Below are positions 55,458 to 62,644 of a DNA stretch of 64,000 nucleotides, piece by piece. Source of the stretch: Patescibacteria group bacterium (lineage in GTDB: Bacteria > Patescibacteriota > Microgenomatia > UBA1406 > GWC2-37-13); NCBI GenBank assembly GCA_025057905.1, contig JANWUX010000001.1, forward strand, positions 20,155 to 84,154, written 5' to 3'. Each line of letters starts with the position of its first letter. Position 1 is the stretch's first letter. Under the pieces are notes generated by a model. That model made no database searches, had not been told where the DNA came from, and saw nothing but the letters and a program-made list of their open reading frames with translations. The position numbers and the translations under genes are program-made.

Positions 55458-56394
55458 CTTGAATAAATTTTACAACTGAGTTTAAGAGCCTATCCATCTT
55501 TTGGATAAATTTCTGATTTTCGATGAACCTCTTTTGAAATTGATAGAAAAATAACCTGATTGCATTCTCTTTAATAAGAACTTTATTTTCTTTTCTTTCA
55601 AAATCATTCTCATTAATCATCTTTAGATTTATCAAATTTAAAACAAGTCGATCAACAAATGGGCGAAAGGGCTCAATTATATCTAAAGACAGATTTTCTC
55701 TTCGGTATTGATTCTGATGGAAGAAGCTAATGTAAGGATCGAGATTTTTGGCGACTATGAACCCTGTAGCCAAGTTCACAAGAAGAGTATATCCAAAGCT
55801 AAGCAGTGAGTTAATTTCATCTGTCGGTGGATAGTGAGATCTTTTTATAAACCTAAAAGCTGGATTTATTATTAACTGACTAAAAACTTCATAATACTCT
55901 TTTTGGACTATTCCCTCAAGACCACGCGCCTGACTGACGTCACTTAGAGAATCAATTTTTTCTATGTGGCAATCAACTCTGTTGACGAAATTCTCGTAGA
56001 GGTCAATCTTCTTTTGATTCTTAGCGCTAGTGTAGATAACCTCTCTTTGCGAGTTTATTTTATTCCTGAGGAGATTTTTCGATAACCTTAATCTCTTTTT
56101 CTCGTTTTTGAAAACTTCGTACTGGGAGTACTTAAGAAAAATGTTTTTTTGATCAATTGAGACAAGACTGCCGATATAATCTCCAAGCGCAGATAGAAAA
56201 ATAACTCTTATCTGATTTTTCAGGAAAAATTTTAGAGCTTGAGTGGTCAAAAAAATATTCCCGAAAACAAAAATGTTCTCAATCAGCAGGCTGGGGTAGT
56301 CTTTAACCAGACCTTGAGGTGTCTCAACATACACTCTTCCATCTTTTATTCCTACCTTGGAGCCCTGAGAAACTAAATAGAGATTCATTCTCAA
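55423..56394 (-). CDS. cas1: CRISPR integrase Cas1
   Basis: 323 aa with an N-terminal beta domain (LYLVSQGSKVGIKDGRVYVE), then SLLSFGYTLLVNL and DIIEPFRPFVDRLVL. There is no fused RT or Cas4 domain. Confidence 0.9.
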   Translation of the reverse strand: MRMNLYLVSQGSKVGIKDGRVYVETPQGLVKDYPSLLIENIFVFGNIFLTTQALKFFLKNQIRVIFLSALGDYIGSLVSIDQKNIFLKYSQYEVFKNEKKRLRLSKNLLRNKINSQREVIYTSAKNQKKIDLYENFVNRVDCHIEKIDSLSDVSQARGLEGIVQKEYYEVFSQLIINPAFRFIKRSHYPPTDEINSLLSFGYTLLVNLATGFIVAKNLDPYISFFHQNQYRRENLSLDIIEPFRPFVDRLVLNLINLKMINENDFERKENKVLIKENAIRLFFYQFQKRFIENQKFIQKMDRLLNSVVKFIQDEKDSLKEKEK

Positions 56395-56817
56395 GAAACA
56401 ATTTGCTAGCTAGGCAAAAAGGCCATCGTTAAATTGAGGTACCTTGATCAAAATTTACCGTTTTATATAAAAAAAATTTTCAGATCAAAAAAAGTCTCTT
56501 TTCGGTAGATCAAAACCTATTAATGGCACTTTTGTCAACGATAACTCAGAAAGACTCAAACTCTTAAGAAAGAAGTCTCCTGATTTCACTTTTGATGCTC
56601 TTTTGAAGAGATTTACAAATAAACATATCCTAAAAACCAGCAAACAAACCCAGATTTTCGGAGACATTACCTCCTTGTTCTTCTCTTTCTTAAATCATAT
56701 CAGAATAAAATCTTGTCCATCACAAATCTCCTTTTCAAATTTCCAAGAGAAAAAAAGATTTTTAATTCTCAACAAATTCCCTGAAAAAATCAGATGATAA
56801 AGCAATCATCCTAAAAA

Positions 56818-58350
56818 TTCTCAATCCCTTAATTGGTTTTTTAATCTTCATCCAACTTCAAAAATTGAGCTTGGAATTCCCAAGTCAAAATGGTCTCAAT
56901 CCCTTAATTGGTTTTTTAATCTTCTTCTAAAAATTAAAAATTTTTTAAAAAAAGAAAGGAGGTGAAAGTCTCAATCCCTTAATTGGTTTTTTAATCTTCA
57001 TCTTATCAAAAGCTATATACGAAAATAGGCTGGATGAAAGTCTCAATCCCTTAATTGGTTTTTTAATCTTCATCTTAAAAAAAATGGAAGCAAAAGAAAA
57101 AGTCATTCAAACTTTGTCTCAATCCCTTAATTGGTTTTTTAATCTTCATCTGTTAGACGAGAAAACTCCAAAAGAAAAGGTTAAAAGAAGGTCTCAATCC
57201 CTTAATTGGTTTTTTAATCTTCATCTATCAAAAAAGAGCGTTCCTCTTGTTTTTATTGGCAAAAATTGTCTCAATCCCTTAATTGGTTTTTTAATCTTCA
57301 TCTTATTCTCCAAGCTTAATAAAGAATATCCTATTGATAAGTCTCAATCCCTTAATTGGTTTTTTAATCTTCATCAAATTTTTTATTCTGCAAAAGAAGT
57401 TGCCGAGATTTTAAAAGTCTCAATCCCTTAATTGGTTTTTTAATCTTCATCTATAATTTTCATGTGTCAAGGTGTTTCGTTTTTATGATAAAAGTCTCAA
57501 TCCCTTAATTGGTTTTTTAATCTTCATCTTAAAAATTATGACGACGCAACTAAAATTAATCCAAAAGAATGTCTCAATCCCTTAATTGGTTTTTTAATCT
57601 TCATCTAAAAAACACTGATCTTGGTATCCCAAAATCAAAATGTCTCAATCCCTTAATTGGTTTTTTAATCTTCATCTAAAAAACAGTATATTCTTGATGA
57701 GTTAAAAAGAAGGTCTCAATCCCTTAATTGGTTTTTTAATCTTCATCTCTATAAAAAAATAGGAAAAATAAAAGGGTTGCTTAAAATTGGTCTCAATCCC
57801 TTAATTGGTTTTTTAATCTTCATCTAAAAAAGTTAAAATCAAAAGGCTTTGGCACGGATTTGCTTGTCTCAATCCCTTAATTGGTTTTTTAATCTTCATC
57901 AAAATAGTATTGATGCTTGGAATTTTCATTTAGTTAATAATTGTCTCAATCCCTTAATTGGTTTTTTAATCTTCATCTTAAAATTTTCTAAAATTGAGGA
58001 GGATTATTTTAAAAAGTCTCAATCCCTTAATTGGTTTTTTAATCTTCATCCTGTTTATTAAGGTTTAGAGTAAAACATCAACTATAAAAAAAGTCTCAAT
58101 CCCTTAATTGGTTTTTTAATCTTCATCCAGGTTAATCAAAAACTACCATTATCAAAAGCTATATACGAAAAGTCTCAATCCCTTAATTGGTTTTTTAATC
58201 TTCATCGTTTTTTTTATTAACAAAGATAAAGAGATGATAAAAGAGTCTCAATCCCTTAATTGGTTTTTTAATCTTCATCTGTAAAAAACCTTAGGATTTA
58301 CACATGTGTAAAATAGTCTCAATCCCTTAATTGGTTTTTTAATCTTCATC
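56818..58350 (-). CRISPR. CRISPR array: 21 repeats of 35 nt, 20 spacers of 36-44 nt; inferred transcription on the minus strand
   Basis: The plus-strand repeat is GTCTCAATCCCTTAATTGGTTTTTTAATCTTCATC. Repeats start at 56818, 56893, 56968, 57040, 57116, 57191, 57268, 57341, 57417, 57494, 57571, 57642, 57713, 57790, 57866, 57943, 58016, 58093, 58172, 58245 and 58316. R1 (G1T) and R2 (A33T) are the only variants. The reverse complement ends in ATTGAGAC. Confidence 0.97.
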
Positions 58351-58444
58351 TGTCTCTTACTTTAAAGCCTCAAAAAGAACCAAAAAAGTAAAACTCAGAT
58401 AACCTGGTCAATAACCAAAATTGTAAAGGTGCAAAAGAGTGAAT
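58351..58444 (-). promoter_or_regulatory. Putative CRISPR leader (94 nt between the csm6 stop and the first, perfect repeat)
   Basis: The call rests on position relative to the inferred array polarity. Only a weak promoter candidate is present (TTGACC at 58411-58406, with no good -10), so read-through from csm6 is possible. Confidence 0.4.
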
Positions 58445-59695
58445 TTATCCAAAAAAAGCCTCAAGACTCAAATTGTTTGGATACCAAAAGTAAAGATCTT
58501 TCTTGTAGCCGAAGTATCTCATTATTATCTCACTTCTTAGCTTCATCACCTCTTGGATATCTTCTTCCTGCGGAATGTAGTAGCCATGACCAAAAATGCT
58601 GTTATTTCTCTTGTGAATGAGACTGTTAATAATTTTTTCTTCGAAGTGAGAGAAGAAATTAATCTGATATTTCTTCAACAAATCAATCTTTCCGGAAATT
58701 GGCAGTGGCTTCTCTTCCGACTTGACAAAACAACGAAGCGTGATCCCGCCATCAAGAGCAACAAAAAAGTCCTTTTTTTTCAGTTTTTTTGTTTTTTTGA
58801 CAATGAGCCAGCTAAAAAGGTTATCCAGGAAATTTACGAACAACGGTAGCACTTCATTCTTTTGCTCTCTTAGGTTGTAGATTAAAGTTAAGTCATAAAA
58901 GTAAAAAACTTGAGTCGCCAGGCCTTCAAGAACATTCTCAACATTTACCTGAAGATCCTTTTTCTCTCCAGAGATCAGCTCAATGTGGTTATAGATTTGG
59001 TCTTTGTTTCTCTTTAAAAAATCATCACTGGTAATTTTCATTGTCATCATTGCATTTTTAACTGAGCTGCCAACACTCTCATTAAGTCCTCCTTTACAGA
59101 AATTTTCAAAGTAATCGAGAAATGATCTGATTTCACTTTTTAGATAATCAAAGAGAAGCTCTTTCACCTCGCCAAACTTAAACTGTCTTAATAGTTCCTG
59201 GGCCTTTTTTCGATACAAAGCAAGATAAATTGCCCGACTCTCTATTTCGATAATATCCTCCGGATGCATCACTATCCTGCCTTGGGTATTATCGCGTGTG
59301 CCTGATATATAAATCATTTTGTCAAATCGTTGAGACTCAATTGCCCAAAGAGCCAGGCTGGCCGAGATCGGTTTTGTTCCGTAGGTAAAGTCAACAATCA
59401 CTTTCCACTCTCCCTCAAGATCAATAATTTTCTGCCCCAGTTTCTTGTCTAACTCGTCGATAATTTTCCTCATATTCTCAACTTCCTCAAGAAAAATCTC
59501 CTCAATCTCAATCTCGCCGGGATACTCTCTGCTGACGATTTCTTTAATCGCTTGAAAATTGTTTTTTACCTTTGGGTTGCTAGTTGTTAAATAAATGGCT
59601 TTTTTGGGATTAAATGACTCTATGACAAACTTAAACGATTTTGGAATATTCTCATGAGCACCGACGGTTGAGATTAGCAAAGTTTTCTTAAGCAT
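58445..59695 (-). CDS. csm6: Csm6/Csx1-family CARF-HEPN ribonuclease
   Basis: 416 aa. The N-terminal CARF motifs are LLISTVG and DFTYGTKPISASL. The C-terminal HEPN motif is an R-x6-H, HKRNNSIFGHG. Confidence 0.8.
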   Translation of the reverse strand: MLKKTLLISTVGAHENIPKSFKFVIESFNPKKAIYLTTSNPKVKNNFQAIKEIVSREYPGEIEIEEIFLEEVENMRKIIDELDKKLGQKIIDLEGEWKVIVDFTYGTKPISASLALWAIESQRFDKMIYISGTRDNTQGRIVMHPEDIIEIESRAIYLALYRKKAQELLRQFKFGEVKELLFDYLKSEIRSFLDYFENFCKGGLNESVGSSVKNAMMTMKITSDDFLKRNKDQIYNHIELISGEKKDLQVNVENVLEGLATQVFYFYDLTLIYNLREQKNEVLPLFVNFLDNLFSWLIVKKTKKLKKKDFFVALDGGITLRCFVKSEEKPLPISGKIDLLKKYQINFFSHFEEKIINSLIHKRNNSIFGHGYYIPQEEDIQEVMKLRSEIIMRYFGYKKDLYFWYPNNLSLEAFFG

Positions 59696-60593
59696 ACTGA
59701 AAGTAGAAAGGGATAGTTACAGTGATCTGAACAAACTCTGGGCATCGGTAGCTGACCTGATTGATTACTTTTCCGATTATTTCCTTATTTTTTTTTGATC
59801 GAAAGACAGCTCCCTCTTCGACAAGAACGATTTTTCTTTTGAAGGGATTTTTCTGGGCGTAGATATCTCCTATTTTTGGGTGTTTAATCTTAAGATCAAA
59901 AAAGAGTGGTTCATAAGCCTCTTTTTCTTGAGGGTGAGGATTAAAGTGGGAGGTAGCGATAAAATGATCTCCTTGAGATGATAGCTTTCTGGTCGCTTGA
60001 ACATTGAGAATTTTAAGTTGGTTGTATCCAACCGATTTTTTCTTCCCTAAAAAAAACTCGACTCCTTCGTCAAGTGAACGAAATATTTCCTCCAGAATTG
60101 CCTGGTCATCTTCTCTAACTCTCAGATACAAGGACAGCCTGGTTTTTGGTGCCAGTCCCTCAACAAAAAAGAGAAGTTTCTGATCGATATTATTGTGAAA
60201 TCTAAGGATTGCCGACAAAAGATCATCTTTTTTTGTCAAGGCAAGAAAATCTGCCGGGGTTTTTGATGGCAAATTGCTGAAGAATTCTATTGGCAAATAA
60301 CGAATTTTTTTTAATTTCTTTCTTAGATCCTTGTTTATGCTTTGATTGTTTTTTTGGTCATTCTCGCCAAGTTTTTCGGTGAGAAAATTGGAATTAATTG
60401 GCAAATAATCACAGGGCAACAGACTCGAAAAAGCAAAAGGCGGGTTATCGTTCTTAAATTTCTCAAGAAGGTAAACAAATAACTCCTTATTTCTTAAAGA
60501 GAGAGAATATAAGATCCAGCCATTAAACGTGTCGGCCGAGAAAACTGAGGTTAACGGTGAAAGCGCCTTTAAAGTCACCTGATAATCTTTCAT
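59688..60593 (-). CDS. csm4: Csm4 (Cas5-family RAMP subunit)
   Basis: 301 aa with SADTFNGWILYSL (compare sDTLFSAL of Csm4/Cmr3), DYLPIN, KKLKKIRYLP and the glycine loop FLGKKKSVGYNQL. Confidence 0.65.
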   Translation of the reverse strand: MKDYQVTLKALSPLTSVFSADTFNGWILYSLSLRNKELFVYLLEKFKNDNPPFAFSSLLPCDYLPINSNFLTEKLGENDQKNNQSINKDLRKKLKKIRYLPIEFFSNLPSKTPADFLALTKKDDLLSAILRFHNNIDQKLLFFVEGLAPKTRLSLYLRVREDDQAILEEIFRSLDEGVEFFLGKKKSVGYNQLKILNVQATRKLSSQGDHFIATSHFNPHPQEKEAYEPLFFDLKIKHPKIGDIYAQKNPFKRKIVLVEEGAVFRSKKNKEIIGKVINQVSYRCPEFVQITVTIPFYFQYA

Positions 60594-61561
60594 TAGTTAA
60601 CAATCTCCAAACTGACAACCCCAAGAGGATCTCTAAAGTTATGACTGAAATAAGTTTTCGGATGTTTATGATCAACTATGATGGTTTTACCGTGCAAATC
60701 TCTTATTATTTGGTCTCTTTCAACCGAGAGTGACCCAAATCCAAGAAGCATGATTAAAGCCTTGCTTGTTTTGATCTTTTCAATGAGCTCTTGACTAAAA
60801 TTTTGCGAATAGGGACGATTGAATTTCCTCTTTTTTCGAAGAACAATCTTACCGCCTTCAAGAAAAAATTTCTCTAAAAATGACTCGATGTCGAAATTGT
60901 TAACTGAGGTATCGGTCTGAAAAAAAATCTCTCCCTCTGCTGTGCCATCAACTAACTGAACCATGATTGATGGCCCCTGTTTTCTTTGACCGTTGTTGAC
61001 TCCGATACGTTTAATTTTTTCGATCCAGGAACTCTTTTCTTTAAAGTAAAAATCTGAAAAACCTATCTTGGATCTTAATTCTTGAAGCTTCATTTTATCG
61101 CTTAGATTGAGATATCTTGACAACAGATCAAAAAAGGCGCCCTTGATCGATGAGCCGGGGATAAATACCTCCTTCTTGTTTGTTGTTATGTCCAGATAGT
61201 CCATAAATTTTTGTATATTAGCTGTTCTAAGACGATATTTTTCTTCTTCTTTTAACCTTAGATCAAGCCTGTTTCGGATTAAGTTTTCTTTCTCCAGATA
61301 CTTTGAATTACTTTGATAAAAAGATTGAATTTCCTGTATAAATGAATCATCACCCTTGCTGCGACCCTGACTATGAAAGAAGGTATCGATGATTCGAAAA
61401 AGTTCGGCTCTGAGGGATTTTCTTGAGAAAAGACCATCGAAATCTACCAAATATAGACTATCGTTGCTTATAAAAAATTCATAGTCGTAAAAGTAGTTGC
61501 CGGAGAAGATGTGAAGGGGTGTGAGAGTCCTCAATCTAAGAGCAAACTTCTTCTTCATCAT
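60593..61561 (-). CDS. csm5: Csm5-like (Cas7-family RAMP subunit)
   Basis: 322 aa with TLTPLHIFSG, YDYEFFISNDSLYLVDFDGL, FIPGSSIKGAFFDLL and LLGFGS. Confidence 0.6.
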   Translation of the reverse strand: MMKKKFALRLRTLTPLHIFSGNYFYDYEFFISNDSLYLVDFDGLFSRKSLRAELFRIIDTFFHSQGRSKGDDSFIQEIQSFYQSNSKYLEKENLIRNRLDLRLKEEEKYRLRTANIQKFMDYLDITTNKKEVFIPGSSIKGAFFDLLSRYLNLSDKMKLQELRSKIGFSDFYFKEKSSWIEKIKRIGVNNGQRKQGPSIMVQLVDGTAEGEIFFQTDTSVNNFDIESFLEKFFLEGGKIVLRKKRKFNRPYSQNFSQELIEKIKTSKALIMLLGFGSLSVERDQIIRDLHGKTIIVDHKHPKTYFSHNFRDPLGVVSLEIVN

Positions 61562-61575
61562 AAGGGTGGTAAATC

Positions 61576-62175
61576 TTAAATTTCTTCAATCTCAACTTTG
61601 CCATACCCCCTAGACCCTGAGCCACCTAGATAGTCAGACTCCAAAAGTTTCACTCCATCATTCCAAAGGTTGAAGTATTCATCCTTTTTTTTCAAATCCT
61701 CATCATCAAGAAATCTAAAAACCACCTCCAGAATAAACTCGTAGTTAACTGGAACCCTTTCAATAAACCTTGGATGAGTCTTGTCTTTACCAATTAAAAC
61801 TTCAGCTTTTTCTTCTGTGATTCTTTCACCGCTCTTTATTTTTTTAGAGAGCTTATCTCTCAATTTCTCATCCACGAAAGCATCCCTAACTAGGATAATA
61901 GTGGGCACTCTATTAATTTCGGCTGAGGCTGTTAAGTCCTCATTTTTTGAACCAAAGAGTTTATTTATAAGGTTCATTTTTTCAGGATAATTCTTTTCGA
62001 GCAAAAATTTAATCTTTCCTTTGATTGAAGATCCTGGAATATAGGGAATTCCCGTTTCGAACTCTTTAACTACGGGTTGATCCATTTCTCCAATCTCAAA
62101 AGAGTCTTTTTCAGCACCAATATGAAGTCCGGTTTTAACAACAATTCTGTATTTTTTGATATAGTACCTGTTCAT
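61576..62175 (-). CDS. csm3: Csm3 (Cas7 backbone subunit, RNA-cleaving)
   Basis: 199 aa with TGLHIGAEKD, IGEMDQPVV (the catalytic Asp position), PYIPGSSIKGKIKFLLEK and LGGSGSRGYGKV. Confidence 0.9.
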   Translation of the reverse strand: MNRYYIKKYRIVVKTGLHIGAEKDSFEIGEMDQPVVKEFETGIPYIPGSSIKGKIKFLLEKNYPEKMNLINKLFGSKNEDLTASAEINRVPTIILVRDAFVDEKLRDKLSKKIKSGERITEEKAEVLIGKDKTHPRFIERVPVNYEFILEVVFRFLDDEDLKKKDEYFNLWNDGVKLLESDYLGGSGSRGYGKVEIEEI

Positions 62176-62191
62176 GTCTTTATCTGCTTTA

Positions 62192-62644
62192 CTAGTAATT
62201 TATAATATAGATCTGATTTAACGCGTTTTTAAATGCAGTCATTATTTTTTTTAGGATTGTCAATTTTTCCGTCTCGTTCGTCTGAAGTTTAACAAGATAC
62301 TCACAATCCTTGATAAACATCTGCCCCAATTCATTAATCTTTTCTGAAAATCTAAAAAGTTCAGACCTTCTCTCCTTTTTTCTTTGGTATTCGAGCTTGA
62401 TGATAGCCATTTTTATCCGGTATTTTAACTCTTCTACAAACTCTTCACTATACTCTGAAGGCAGGTTTATCAAATGAATTCTGAATAAATCGGTGCATTT
62501 TCTCGATTGGTGGTGTTTTCCAATTATTTGTTTATTTTCTCGGTAATATTCTCTTACATCATCTAAAACTCTTTCGTCCTCAAGCCAGTTATTATTTATT
62601 TTTTTAATGAAAAAGAAACCCTCCTCATTCATAGCCCTTTTCAT
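62192..62644 (-). CDS. csm2: Csm2-like small subunit (Cas11)
   Basis: 150-aa, Lys/Glu-rich protein predicted to be all-helical. It sits between cas10 and csm3. The assignment rests on position and size only. Confidence 0.55.
   Translation of the reverse strand: MKRAMNEEGFFFIKKINNNWLEDERVLDDVREYYRENKQIIGKHHQSRKCTDLFRIHLINLPSEYSEEFVEELKYRIKMAIIKLEYQRKKERRSELFRFSEKINELGQMFIKDCEYLVKLQTNETEKLTILKKIMTAFKNALNQIYIINY

Noticed and set aside
55423-56394. RT-Cas1 or Cas4-Cas1 fusion (relevant to RNA-derived spacers).
   Set aside because: Cas1 is 323 aa of standard architecture. No reverse-transcriptase or Cas4 (four-Cys RecB) motifs occur in it or nearby.
56485-56797. ORFs 56485-56667 (-) and 56603-56797 (+) as small Cas accessory proteins.
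   Set aside because: They are 60-64 aa, mutually overlapping and of low complexity. They lack a Shine-Dalgarno sequence or any motif. Non-coding trailer or promoter DNA is more likely.
56494-56798. Possible eroded repeats in the trailer (GTCTC at 56494 and 56575, GACTCAAACTCTTAAG at 56553, TTCTCAACAAATTCCC at 56766).
   Set aside because: The matches are limited to 5-12 nt. Their spacing (81, 52 nt) does not fit the 72-79-nt unit. This is within chance for AT-rich sequence.
56395-56817. Alternative polarity: this AT-rich stretch next to cas1 as the leader, with plus-strand crRNAs.
   Set aside because: The two degenerate repeats abut this side. The plus-strand repeat ends in TCTTCATC, which is not a known handle, whereas the minus-strand version ends in ATTGAGAC. 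The sense polarity of the spacers also favours minus-strand crRNAs.
57901-57942. Spacer 15 as a third member of the spacer 1/11 family (shares GCTTGGAATT).
   Set aside because: Only a 10-nt exact match, with an indel beside it. Several such matches are expected by chance among 20 AT-rich spacers.
57084-58061. Track ORFs 57084-57431 (115 aa) and 57849-58061 (70 aa).
   Set aside because: They lie inside the CRISPR array. Their sequence is the repeat translated over and over (SQSLNWFFNLH recurring), not a gene.
58429-58849. Plus-strand ORFs 58429-58620 and 58553-58849 next to the array.
   Set aside because: They are antisense to csm6 and lack motifs. They are not an extra cas or accessory gene.
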